From: Phoronis australis
Lineage: Eukaryota; Animalia; Phoronida
Assembly (NCBI GenBank): GCA_002633005.1
Contig: NMRA01000392.1
Coordinates: 347,763-411,762 of the forward strand
Direction of reading: 5' to 3'
DNA length: 64,000 bases
Numbering within the stretch: the first letter of the stretch is position 1; each line of letters opens with the position of its first letter. This document shows positions 13,539 through 26,674 of the stretch, piece by piece. The translations under genes were made by a program, and so were the position numbers. The notes under the pieces were generated by a model. It did not search any database, was not told the DNA's origin, and saw nothing but the letters and a program-made list of their open reading frames with translations.

Positions 13539-14249
13539 CTAAAATGAACAAAAACAAACACTCAGACTGTCTAGCAGCTGTAATTAACCGTGACTCTTGA
13601 CTCGAAATATGCAGATTTTTCATATAAAAAACACACATTATGAGCAAAAGACACCATAACGTACCTTTCATGATCTTTTTGTGAAGTGTCACTTTTTGTT
13701 TTGAACACGGATTTTAATTGCTCCTCTGTCAAAGTTTACAGAGCACAAACCTTGGTTTGTGAAGACACTGACCATTTCTTTTATCCACTTTTTCCACAAA
13801 ATATTCAGTCTACTCCACGCTCCATGTATTTTTGACCACAGAATCGCACTATTTGTCACCGCAATTTTGTAACAAATGCAGACGCCATTGATGAACTACG
13901 CTATCACAGGCACAGGCACTTGAATTTATCTATTCCTCCATTGCCACTGACATCACTCACTATTAAGAAAACATGTTTCTCATTATATGGTTACGAGTCA
14001 TCAGAAAATTCGAGCGCCTGTGATCAGCAACTACAATTTTAAAACATAACGAGCAGTTTCCACTTTTCGAGTTGTCAGCAACGCCGCGGCGAGAAACCAA
14101 TTTACCGCGATAATTTATGGCAAATCCGATTTTTCCGCGGAAATATAACAAAAATACGCGGATCGAATAAAAGGAAAAAGTGGAAATCCGCGTTTCTGCG
14201 GACAATTCTAAGCCTTGTGGGAGATACAGCCATGGGCACAAAAGCAAAA

Positions 14250-14556
14250 AAAACTGCCACAAAGAGGCGCCACAGTAGTCATCTCATTGATAGATGCCTA
14301 ACTGCCAAATTTTATGAAAATCCAATGAGGACCTCTGAAGATACAGAGTTAGCGTAAAAAATAACATTGCCACTAGGGGGCACACCCGTAGTCAGAGAGG
14401 TTCGAAAATCGCTGTCATCTCCATATGAACACATCTGCCAAATCGCATCAAGATCCAGGGAGGGGTTTAGAGATACAGCTGTTGCGGACGCCAGACGCCC
14501 AGACAGAGATGACGGCAATATGCATCCACATATAAATATGTGGGCACATAAAAAAG
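14250..14556 (-). mobile_element. HINE-like 5'-end fragment
   Basis: Clearly homologous to 20930-21226 (…cccagacagagatgacggcaatatgca…aatatgtgggcacataaaaa). Confidence 0.6.
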
Positions 14557-14620
14557 CTTCAATTCCTTTACACTTACTTTCATATTATAAAAATCATGTC
14601 AAAATGTCATGTCAACATAC

Positions 14621-14697
14621 CTTGTCCTTGGGTGGAAAGCCATGCGTCACGAGTTTGGAGAACACCAGCTTCCCATTGATGCAGATTTCAAAAGAGG
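14621..14697 (-). CDS. MIEN1: MIEN1/SelW2-like selenoprotein, exon 3
   Basis: ttttcag|CC TCT TTT GAA ... GAC AAG|gtatgt gives (S)SFEICINGKLVFSKLVTHGFPPKDK, the Rdx-family FEI-x-ING-x-LVFSKL-xx-GFP motif. Phases are consistent with both neighbours. Confidence 0.93.
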
Positions 14698-15652
14698 CTG
14701 AAAATGACCATGTGATGAGCTAATTAATAGAAATATTCACTGCATGTCATTACACTGGTATCTCTCAAACTTGACAGCATCAGCTTGTATCCTCAAAAAA
14801 CTGAACTAGCCAAATGGCAGCAGACATTGGACTTAATTTGTTCTCAAATAATTCATTCAAGTGCCTCAACCTGATTGTCACAAAGCCCAACTTTCAAAAT
14901 TACCTGACAGTAGTGCCAATACCATCTCTGGAGTTTATGGTGCAGTAAAGTTTCTTCAAAATTAGAACACAGCATGACGGAATGGTAAATTTTATTTCAT
15001 AATTTTTTTTCAACAAGAAACAAGATTAAACAAGAAGACAACTTTGCGACAATGTTTGAAAACTTTTTAGTATGGCTGTCATGAAAAAATACAATGAAAC
15101 TTTGAACATTTTTAGCTATACAGTATAGTTTTCTCCATGACCGCTTTAATGGATCACTTTATGACCTGTTTGATTTTTCCTCCGACCTGTTTAGTAGCAT
15201 ACGACACAATTTTTTTTTATTTTGTGTGTTCGCAATGATATGCATGCTCTGCATACTGTCTAAATTGTTGTAAACACGACCTGTTTGAATTTTTGAAGGT
15301 AGAGAACACTGCAGTGAGCACCTGAAATACGAAAAAAGTTACAGTTTTGTCCATTATTTTTGTTCGAATATGAGGAAACTTTACCACAACTCTGCAGTTA
15401 CTTTGTACCAACATAATTAGCAAAATCTTCATTTTTCGAAGGCAGGTTACTTTGCTACAAATAGTGGAAACTTCACCAAATGTTGTTTTATGACATCTCC
15501 ACAGTTCTATTAATAAACTAGAATTTTTTAACCTTTACTTTTTGTGAAGAAATTCAATAAAATAGAATTCCACTTGACAGCCATACCGGGTAATAAGACA
15601 CTGACGAAATACCATTAATCATTTTTTTCAACTCCAAAAGAACAAGTTAATA

Positions 15653-18600
15653 AACAAGAGCAATGCAGAGCATTGAAATGCGCCCACAAATGCATCCCAA
15701 ATAGTGTGCTTTTAGGATTCCGTTATTTATTTGTATCATAAAAACGGCTACTAGAAAGCGCACAAATGTACAATCCATCAAAAAATGGACACATGCCATA
15801 GTTCATAGAAATCTATCAAGGAACTCATTCAGGGAAACAACGTCAAACAGAATAAAATGAAATTGCCACTAGTGGGCACAGAATCCGATGGACCCGCCTG
15901 AAAGTCGACATGCTCTGTTGTTATCTTAATATAGTTATTGGCGCGAAACAAAACAAAACTACTACTAGGAGGCGCTACAGTAGTCAGTCGCCATCATCAA
16001 ACGTCCTCTTCACACTGACATTTCAATTTTCAAAACCATCCCTAGAAGGATTTGGTTGACAGAGGGGTGGATGCCAAAACCAGAGATTCCAAACAGCAAA
16101 TAATGGCCACTATGTGGCGCAAAATACCTTAATTCCATCCCAAAACAGGAGAAAAGCGTCATCTCTTCAATAGATGCCGATATTCAAAATTTTATGAAAA
16201 TCTGTTGAGGACCTTTGAAGATACAGAGGTAAACGTAAAAAAACTAAAATTGCCACTAGGGGGCACACCAGTGGTCAGATCCATCTGAAAGTCATCATTG
16301 TCCGTGGTCAACATCATATTAAGTAAAGATCCTGCAAACTGTTCAAGTTAGGAAATTCAGCCAAGGGTGTAAAAACCCTGCCAACAGGAGGCGCCACAGT
16401 AGTTGAAGTCGTCGGAAAATCATCGTCAGCCGTCCACTTCATAGTTAAAGGAGAATGCCACCCAAAAAACGACGTATTTTGCATCAATTTAGATCGAGTA
16501 GTTCTACTCGATAACGGCAGGTTCGGTTGCATTATCTGACACCTGACAACAGACGAAGGTGTTGAAATTGACCTATCGCCAGGATTATGACGGACGGCTT
16601 AATTGACCAATCAGAACGCAGCATTCTTGGCACACCTTCGTCTGCTTTTCTAAGCCGCCATTTTACCAGACAAACCACACGTGGTCGAGTAAAACTTACT
16701 CTAGACTATAGCTCAAGAAATTGTCCGCTAAGAATGGGGAAGCAGTGTTGATATGGCGTGTGTACCACCGACAGCCGTTATGCTGCTCCAGAATAATATC
16801 CCGAAAAATGATGTTGAAAAGCATAAACTATGAATCAAACTGTACGGCCACTCGAGCAGCTGAACTTAGCGATGTTGCTTGATAACTCGACAACACAAAT
16901 ATATTAGTTCCAAGATACCCACTTTTCAGCTTGGTGGCTATGGTGCAGGGCTATCTCAGATTATGATTCCCCAGTTTCCTACGTCTGGCCGCCTTTGTCT
17001 CGGCACCTGCTGGATCTCAGCACTCTAGCGGTAGTCCCCAGAAATTGTTGTTTTCAAGGACATTTTTATTTTATGTTTTATTTTATTTATTTCAACCTAA
17101 TGAACATTATTTTGTTTTGTATCAGAGGTACATTTTTGTTATTCATAAACCGTAGGCTGGCGTTCAACTGAACTTCTCTTCCAGTCAAAATTCAGAGATT
17201 CGATCGGCACATGGAAGGGCACTGGATTACTGCCGGAACTCAAAGCCTTGGTCGAGCTGTTGTCACTAAAACTAAACTGTTGAATTACTTTTTGACCCGT
17301 ACCTCTAGTATACAAACATGATATTTAGATTTATGAAGCTTTAAAAAAGAATTTGAGTTATTTTTGTAAATACCCTATTTTTGCAACTACCAAACCAGAC
17401 TTGTAACCTTTTGTAACCATACCACGACTTAGTGATCATGCTACCTTCAAAATTAGATGAAAGCTACCTTTATGGAATCATACTACAAAAAATGCCAAGT
17501 TCATAAGAAGGTAGGCCTAATTTAAATGTCTTAATGGTGCAAACGGACAATTCCATAGGCGGATTTAGGGGGGGGCAGGGGCCCCAGCCCCCCCCCCCTG
17601 GCTGCCGCAAGCAAAATGAAACAGCAAGACCATGAAGCGTGAGGAAATATTGAATTCAGTAACTAAGACCGGTAGCGGAAGAGAGGTGCTCAGACCCTAG
17701 ATCGCGGCTGAATCTTGTTCCTGTTTTTTTTAGTCCACCGATAGATTTTCTGAACAGAAGGTCCAACGGTCTACACTCCTGGCCCATGGAACTTTCGGGC
17801 AGCCTGTGCACATACAATCGCACTTTGCCCAATTCCACGAGGCAACATATGTTGGGCCCCCTGTGGTATCCTAGATCCGCCACTGAATTCCAGACATTAA
17901 TTTGACTTAGACACAGCCCTAAACCCAGTACCGGCGCTAACTGTTTGCCTAGGACGAGATGAGTGTGTACCTGAGCTATGAACCTGAATTTTTTGATCAA
18001 AATATTTCGTTACAAGATTAGAAAAGCGTAAACAGTACTATCGAGTCGACCTAGTCGGAGAGTGCATGTGTTGTCTGTAATCTATGACCTACTTTACTCC
18101 AGGAGTCCCACCAGTTGTGGCCTACTTTTCATTTGGCGAAATTTAGCAGACGACAGATTCTGAATAAAAATATCGGTGAATCTTCACTGATTTTATTCGA
18201 AAGATCATAAAATCTATGGAATCGTACAGATAATTCGACTTCATACCCAGCTTTACATGAACATATCGTATCAGTGGCCTTGTCATTTGTCAGGTGAAGG
18301 TGGTCCCGAGGCCGAGGTGTTCTTCGGATTTTCGCTGGCTCCTCGAGCACTTACCGGTATTTTTTCATCGTCACCTTTACAAATTCCCATATCATGAACG
18401 TACGATTCTCTGTTGAAAAGCATCGCCTCTTGCCTCTGTCGAAGCGTTTTCAAATAGTGCAAAAACACTCATCAATTCCACCAGGAACGTCGTTTAGCGG
18501 CAGTGTATTTGCCTCTGACATCTCGTTCGATTGTCGGGTATCACGTGATTTTTCGCATAGGGGCGGAGCTTGCGATAGGTCAACTATCCAATGACATCAT

Positions 18601-21226
18601 TGGTTTCACTCGCAGTCTGTTCAGCAGTTCACAACACGGGTTAGTGGTGTCAGCTTATCACTTGAATTCATCGTTTAACACCAATAAATCATCAAACTTC
18701 GATGTAAAACCCTTAAAAATATACCAAGTTCTTATAAAAAAGTGTTGTTTTATTCCGTTGTTACGGATTTACTGGTATTTGAACACACCGTAGCCTACAA
18801 AGTTCGGCAGACCAATTTACCAAGGTCCGTAGCAGGAGTTTGGGGTCTGTTCGGAGATAAATTCGAAGAATTCTTCCATGAAATACAGACGGGAAAACCT
18901 AGATCTGTGTTGTTTATACTTGTGATTTTATTTTTTGACTGTTCTAAACACACAAAACACTTGTTATCCCGCCCAGTGGCTCAGAACCCGATCAGGCCCG
19001 TCGCGGCCGGACTGACTCGTTATCGCGGCCAGTGGCTCGGAACCCGATCAGGCGCGTCGTGGCCGCTGGAATTGGCACGAACATAAACCAGCTTGAGTTG
19101 GAAACTAAACCTCCAGTCACGAAAAGACTATAACAGTGAGCCAAAGAAATAATGTGCACGTAATTATTTATGTAAATTAGCCACGAAACTGAAAATCTAC
19201 TTGTCCTGGGCAGCGAAGTCGGGTTCCTTTTTCGACAGACCGTCAGGGCAAAGGTTGTAATGTAACAATGATTAGAATAATGTATTTGTATTACTAAATA
19301 AACATTCCCCTAACATGTGACAATAAAACTGAGTAATTGCTTCACAACAGCTTTCTGTCAGCTAACACTGAATTAGCATGCGCTCACATGACCTCGGTGC
19401 CCGCTCAATTACCTTTGTTGCCGGCATCAAAAGCCGGTAACGCAGTGGTTTATTCATCGCTGGCTTCTCAAAACATTTGCACTCACAAGCACACCAAGGC
19501 ATTACAAATTGTATCTAATGAGACAGACTTTGTTTCTGTTTCATATAAGCATTGGTTAGGATCATTTTAGGATGAGAATAATTCATTTTGAAACAGAACG
19601 CAGAATAATAAACGTCTACACATGGCATGGCAACTCGCCCGGCGCCAATCCCGACTTAGTCAAGAGCTCATCCGACGAAGACGTTAGGTTTCACAGGCTA
19701 TCAGTTCGAACCGGAATACACTAATCAAGAAATACTAGAAAGGCGCCATGAACATGCATAAGCAACGGAACTCATGGATAGTTCTTTGGTAAGCCAGAAT
19801 TTGTCAGAGAAATCACTGTCGACAAAATGCCGGCCACAGACACGGAGAAGTTTCACGGCCTCATACTTGCTATTAACAGCATACCTTTCATTCTTCACTA
19901 CCGCGAGCCACTTCCTAAGCATATCGGGCTCTCGAGGAAGTCGAAAAAACGATATAACCCGCTTTCTTCACAGCTTCATAGTTTGGACAAGCGGGAACCT
20001 ATGCACCGCAATTTAGCAGAATTCACTCTGCAGACAAACCATAGACATCGCTGCGACGCTTCTCACCTTCCTCACAGGTTAACGCGACACCTCTCGACAA
20101 GGTGAGGTCGACCGTATCAGAGGCGATGTGGATATAGACCGATTAAGATGGTAAAAAAGAGTAATTAAATGTGGTGGCATTCTCCTTTAAAACATACGTG
20201 CCAATTTTCACCATTATCCTGAAAGCGGTTTGGTTGATAGACGAGTAGATGCCAAAAAACAGACTCGAAAATGGCTAAAATGGCCACTAGGTGGCGCAAA
20301 TTAGGTTGAATCCATCTGAAAATGGAGAGACAGCATCACATCATTAACATATGTCTGTATGCCAAATTTTGTGAAAATACGTTGAGAACCTTTGAAGATT
20401 CAGAGGTAAACGTAAAAAAATAAAATTGCCACTAGGTGGCACACCAGTCGTCAGATCTGTCCTAAAGTCGTCGTCCTGCGTCACATCATTAACATATGTC
20501 TGTATGCCAAATTTTGTGAAAATACGTTGAGAACCTTTGAAGATTCAGAGGTAAACGTAAAAAAATAAAATTGCCACTAGGTGGCACACCAGTCGTCAGA
20601 TCTGTCCTAAAGTCGTCGTCCTGCGTTATTTAAATAAACTTACTAAATTTAGAAAAGATCCAGCAAACGGTTTAGGAAATACAGCCATAGGCCCAAAAAA
20701 AAAACAAAATTACCACTAGGAGGCGCCACAGTGGTTGAAGTCGTCGGAAAACCATCGTCAGCCACCCACTTCATAGTAAGAACACACATGACAATTTTCG
20801 CAATCATCCTTTGAGCAGTTTGGTTGATGGAGGGACAGATGCATAAAAAATAGACTCGTAAATAACAAAAATGGCCACTAGGAGGCGCAATATAGCTTGA
20901 ATTCGTCCGAAAAATGAAAGGATAGCCTCACCTCATTAATATGCCTATGTGCCAAATTTCATAAAAATCGGTTGAGGACCTTTGAAGAAACAGAGGCAAA
21001 TGTAAAAAACTAAAATTGCCACTAGAGGGCACAGCGGTAAATGGGTCAATTGGAAACTCGTTGCCCTGTGCCGTCAACCCAATAGGAACACACCTGCCAA
21101 ATTTCAATAAGATCCTACAAGGGGTTTAGGAGATACACCCGCGGACGCCGGACGCCCTGACGCCAGGATGCCCAGACAGAGATGACAGCAATATGCACTC
21201 ATATATAAATATGTGGGCGCATAAAA
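15653..21226 (-). mobile_element. Helentron-associated (HINE/DINE-1-like) non-autonomous element with ~140-150 bp internal tandem repeats, interrupted by a Kolobok-like insertion
   Basis: On minus: 5' TTTTTATGCGCCCAC sub-TIR (21226-21212) with a short hairpin and a CGTC/CTGT-rich patch, then central repeats, then 3' GTGGGCGC sub-TIR, palindrome CAATGC-TCT-GCATTG and CTCTTGTT end (15653). Confidence 0.7.
16449..20186 (-). mobile_element. Kolobok-like DNA transposon (defective) with THAP-domain remnant at ~19725-20060
   Basis: TIRs AGGAGAATGCCACC / GGTGGCATTCTCCT with TTAA on both sides (16445-16448, 20187-20190); the flanks rejoin into a HINE repeat unit. Minus-strand peptide SFFRLPREPDMLRKWLAVVK...LRVCGRHF is a THAP zinc finger. 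TTAA TSD, purine-purine termini and THAP fit Kolobok. Confidence 0.75.
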
Positions 21227-21344
21227 ATTGTCCTTCATGGCAGTTACCAAGAAGTGGTAAAGGAGATAGTTGAACACGTTGCAGCAACAAACAACTTCTA
21301 AATTTGGAAATTTCAGTAGTATGTAGATTATTATGGCCACTCAC

Positions 21345-21442
21345 AGAGGCGTCCAACAAATCCAGAGACCTTGACTTCAGGGTAAGCTTTCATTATCTCA
21401 CTGGCAAGCAACTCGTACTTGGGGGCGTATCCTCAGGTACCG
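21345..21442 (-). CDS. MIEN1: MIEN1/SelW2-like selenoprotein, exon 2 with in-frame TGA (selenocysteine) at 21435-21433
   Basis: tgttacag|C GGT ACC TGA GGA TAC GCC CCC AAG TAC ... CGC CTC T|gtgagt gives (C)GTUGYAPKYELLASEIMKAYPEVKVSGFVGRL(S). CxxU-GY is the SelW/Rdx-family signature and homology continues past the TGA. Confidence 0.92.
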
Positions 21443-24439
21443 CTGTAACAAACAGTTTAAACATCAACTATTGTTTGACCTAAAGTTATAGTAATTAAAT
21501 TGTACTACTTTTTTCTCTTGAACAGATGTAAAAAACAAAATCAGTTACTTTATAATTTCATTTACCCCCCCTCAGACAAAATTCATCTCAAATTTCTCTT
21601 ATTACTATTGCACTTAATTTCTATAATCACAGAGAAGGGTAAATAGTTACTTATAAGAAACTGGCAATGTTACCTTTTGAAGGTGCTTTAGCCAATTCGA
21701 CACACTTTTACTACCTATTAGTTACAGTAACTTCGAACTTATTAATTTTATTTTGCATCAATGGAAGAAGTTCCAAGTTATTTAGAAAATAAGAAGTGAG
21801 CAGCAAATATGTCAGCTCATCCAATAAAGCCATGTTCTCTTACTTATATGAAATAATTATCTTCAAAGGTTGAGGCACCCATTAATTTTTAGTTCCAGCC
21901 CACAGATCGATAAATAGTACGTGTAATTTTCCATTTGAAACAGAAATATAATTACAGCAGCCATTCAGCTAGTTGCTTACACACTTGTGGTTTGAAGAAA
22001 TTCCGCTCCCATTAAAATCAACTTAAAGGTTCAAGATATTATTCATTGTAAGTAAAATATTATAGATTTAAATACCTTCAAAGAAGCTAACATTCCTCTT
22101 AAATGTTTGGCTTAACTCAAAGATGTGTGTTTGTAATTTGAAACTTGACAAAAGGGTGTGGATTAGGACTTTCACAAAAAGTTTTTAAATATACTTTCCA
22201 CAAATATTAAAACAGCTGCATGTCACATTTGACATTTGCAGTTATTCCCTTCCCAAAGCTACTCCAAGCTTGTCATTGTTGCGCCGTGCCTGTGTGCGCC
22301 ACCTGGTGGTGACGTATTTGTGGGCTTATGAATGTAACCTGTGATCTGTGTATTGTGGCAGATGTGACAAACAATACGGGTATTCAATCTGTTTTGTGAG
22401 TGTGTAGACGTGCCATCGGTGAAATTCGGTAGCCCAAGTGCAGTCACTACTTAGAAACAAATGACTGTTCATTATTGCTTAAGATCATTCTCGATAAGTT
22501 GGCATGTTACGGCTAACTTGGTTTCAAATAAAACCAAACTGTCTACTCTCGCATACTAAGAGAGTTTAGAACAATTAGACTTATGGAATGTGGAATAAAT
22601 CAAAGTTACTTTTGACGGTCGCTTTAAAGCCCAACTTCAATGGAATTTTGTTATTTTACGTAGATGTATTGGGATTACTAGGCAGTCCAAGAAAAGCCTC
22701 AGCAAAATAAGAAAAGCAAGTTTAATCACGGAAATGTAGGCCCACCAAATGATAGGTGAAGCTGCCTTTCCGTGCCATGTTGAGTCACAGCAAGATCCCT
22801 GCACAAACAAGAAAAGGCAGATAACTTTTGTTTTGAATAGGGGTCTGCATGCGGGTGTTATTCGCGGTTGTTTGAATTAAATGGGGATTCTCAAAGTGAT
22901 GTAGGCAAACGCAAGTTAATCTGCTTAACAGTTTGTTGCATTTAGCAATTTATGGCACTAGTGAGCTCAGAGCAAAGCTCTTAACATACTGTAGGATAAG
23001 AACTTCTACGTGTTACTGTTCAGGATAAGCTTTAAGTTAACTTGAAATTTACAGATCTTTCCAAACGTTTTCTTTCAACTTCTCCAACCAATACATGCAT
23101 TTAGTTACTCGCCGAATGGAAAGCAATACTAATTCCCTCCTTTGCAGTATACTGGGTCAATGTAATTCAAGAATTTTGGACTCAATGCTTTTTTAATACT
23201 ACAAGAGGTACTGGCTTGCCGGTGTCAACATGAAAGTTATGAACCCTTCAGACACACTTTATGCACTGCTTCCCAAACCACTGTTCGAAAGTTTTTAAAC
23301 GTTCCACTTTTGCATGAAGGGCTGTCAAAAATAGGACTTTTATGATAAACTTGTTGCATGAAATGAAAACAAAATGACACTCTAGAAACTACAGCTTTTT
23401 TTAGCTTTCTATCATGAACACTTAAATAAATGAAATTTGGTCATGTTATTGATGCTGATGATTTGCTATGAATTTGTCTCTCGACTTTGATACTGTTTAA
23501 CAAACAAGACATGGTCACAGTTGTGTAACATAATTAATGGAAGTCAAAAAGCAAATTCTACAACTTGCAGAAAATTTAGTCTTTTACTGAGCTAAAAACG
23601 TACTTTAAGCAATGTAATACTATCTGTTGTTACTATTGTAGTGTTACTATACAATTGTAGTGTTACTATTGTGACTATTATTGTTAACCTCTGACGGTAC
23701 TGTGCTGCCTTGTTCAGTGCTCTTGTGAGAGTCATTTTTGTTGCAAATTAGTATAGTGTTTGTCCTATCTGAGTTCAGGCTTACACAACTTAGACTTTCT
23801 TCAATAAAATATTCTGACCATTTTACATGAAGTTTAACCGATTTTGGCTGACTGGGCCGTAACGGATGATGTTTCTCTGCTTGCCCGTCTACCATCAACA
23901 AGATGACGTCCTCACAATATGTTTCGACCTTTAACTAAAGGCAGAAACATCTGCTGCGAAGATGTCATATTCCTTGTTGCAAGCAGTGTAAAAAAGGCCA
24001 ATTGCTGATTTGGGGAACTAAACGAAGGTCTGCTCTGAAAAATTTTGATTGCGGAAGTATTTATTTGAGCTAGGAAGAGTTAAAGACATTAAAGACCTCC
24101 TAAAGGTGTCCCTCTATGTGCAAAAGGAGCATATGAACATGACTTTGATTAGTATGATGCATAATTTGCCGAAAAGCTTCTGGTGTATGGAGGGCCTGTG
24201 GGTAATTGTTTACAATATGACGACATTGACAAACACACATGATTTTGATATCGTTCAATTCCACCTATCGTTCTCATTCCAAAAACATATGAATGTGTCC
24301 CTTATCACGCATCATCATTATTTTATCAATTGTGAAACGTCTGTTAGCACTATTTCCCAGTTGACACCGCCATGTTTGCTAAACTCAAGATTACAGCAAC
24401 ATATGTTGCTAATAAAGAAAACGTTATCATCGAATCTGA

Positions 24440-25700
24440 AGGGTGTATGTCGGCGCAAGATTCTCCCTAAATTTTTCTTGAAATAACATCGAGCAGCAAG
24501 AGGCAGCATTTCACCCTTTTCCATAAATTTATAGAATGTAATCATTTGACCCCGTTTCCACGAAATTCTCAGAGTGATAACCTTTTCACAAATTTGAAAC
24601 TCGAAAACAATCCCTTTTTTCGCAGATTTTTGTTAGTGGATTCAAACCCTTGGGACCATAGCTCAGGCCCGAGGTCATTTCGGTCAGTTTGAACTTATGG
24701 AAGAGCGATGCTCTGCAGAATAAAAGAGTGTTGGTAGACTAGTTCAGCGTTTTGGCAGCCAGATGACTCCTTTCATTCAACATGGCAGTATCTACCGGGA
24801 AATAGTGCAAGCATAAATTTGATGATAGGTATGGGGTAGGAAATATTTTGTGTATTTTTGGAATGATTACGATATGCGAGTAATCGAACGACACCTAAAT
24901 CATGTGAATAGGTCAGTGTGTCATCAAAATGTAAACAATTACTGACCAGTGGCTCCTCTGGGGCCAGTTGAAACAGCGGTACTATCAAAATTTGCCGAAA
25001 AGCTTCCAGTGGAACAATCAACTATGCTGCTATGGGATGATTACCAGCCGTGCCAGCTCGGTTCAGACAGTGGAAAGCCTACTGTCTGCTGTAGACCACT
25101 AGGATAAGGTAGAAATTGTGGATTATCACAAGAGTTGGGTAATTGTTTACAATATGGCGACATTGACCTAAACACATGATTTGGTATTGTTCGATTTCTC
25201 ACAACGTTATCTTTCCAAAACTATAGGAAAGTGTCTACTACCCCGTTCTCTTAGAATTTTATTGTTAAATTTCTGCTCCCACTATTTTCCGGTAGTGATA
25301 CCGCCATGTTGAATGAAAGGAGTCACCTGGCGGTCAAAAATGATCTAATCTACCAAACACCTATATTCAGCAGAGCTTTTCAAGAGTTCAAACTGACCGA
25401 GACCCGTCAATCCTGGGCCCGAGGTACTGTCCCAAGGGTTCGAATTCGATCCTATGGTGACCCTAGTACACATCTGCTAGCAAGAATCCGCAAAAAAAGA
25501 TGTTGTTTTTTGAGGTCCAAATTAGCGAAAAAGGGTATCACTTCAGACAATTTTGTGGAAAAGTGATCAAATGATGACAATAAATTATTCTAAAAAATTT
25601 AGAAAAGGGTGAAATGCAGCCCATTGTTCTTCCATGTTATGTCAGAAAAACTACAGCTGGGAACCTCCAGGACAAACACCATCTGATTCAGAATCGATGA
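24440..25700. repeat. Diverged ~500-bp inverted repeat pair (24440-24945 vs 25132-25700); another copy at ~62010-62520
   Basis: Shared blocks GGGTAATTGTTTACAAT and CCGCCATGTTGAATGAAAGGAGTCA in opposite orientations. Confidence 0.65.
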
Positions 25701-26100
25701 TGCTGTTCCATTCATTAGCAACAAGTGTTGCTGTAATTAGGGAGAACAACATTTTTCAAAAATTTTAGAAAATGTGCATGTAATATACATCACGAGAAAG
25801 CTCTCTACAAGACTAAAAGAACGGTGCAAAAATTTTTTAAATCGGACTTACGGTTCCGGAGAAAATGGTGTTTTTGTATCAAATTTTTTGGTAAAAATTC
25901 TGTCAAATCAAATTTGTGAGTTTGAAATATAATGGTTACAAATCTACGTAACCTAGACAGACATGTTATACATCATTTCAAAGAAAATTTTATGATGAAT
26001 AATTTGCAAAAAAGAACATTCCGATTGGACATTCCTGTGCGAAGATATTGACCTTAAAGTCAACAAAGTCGACGAAGAAAAGTCATTACGTTCAATTTTG

Positions 26101-26674
26101 NNNNNNNNNNNNNNNNNNNNNNNNNNNNNNNNNNNNNNNNNNNNNNNNNNNNNNNNNNNNNNNNNNNNNNNNNNNNNNNNNNNNNNNNNNNNNNNNNNNN
26201 NNNNNNNNNNNNNNNNNNNNNNNNNNNNNNNNNNNNNNNNNNNNNNNNNNNNNNNNNNNNNNNNNNNNNNNNNNNNNNNNNNNNNNNNNNNNNNNNNNNN
26301 NNNNNNNNNNNNNNNNNNNNNNNNNNNNNNNNNNNNNNNNNNNNNNNNNNNNNNNNNNNNNNNNNNNNNNNNNNNNNNNNNNNNNNNNNNNNNNNNNNNN
26401 NNNNNNNNNNNNNNNNNNNNNNNNNNNNNNNNNNNNNNNNNNNNNNNNNNNNNNNNNNNNNNNNNNNNNNNNNNNNNNNNNNNNNNNNNNNNNNNNNNNN
26501 NNNNNNNNNNNNNNNNNNNNNNNNNNNNNNNNNNNNNNNNNNNNNNNNNNNNNNNNNNNNNNNNNNNNNNNNNNNNNNNNNNNNNNNNNNNNNNNNNNNN
26601 NNNNNNNNNNNNNNNNNNNNNNNNNNNNNNNNNNNNNNNNNNNNNNNNNNNNNNNNNNNNNNNNNNNNNNNNNN
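26101..26674. other. Assembly gap
   Basis: Run of N. Confidence 1.

Noticed and set aside
15653-21226. CRISPR-like regularly spaced repeats
   Set aside because: Eukaryotic context, the spacers are homologous to each other, and there are no cas genes; these are HINE internal tandem repeats.
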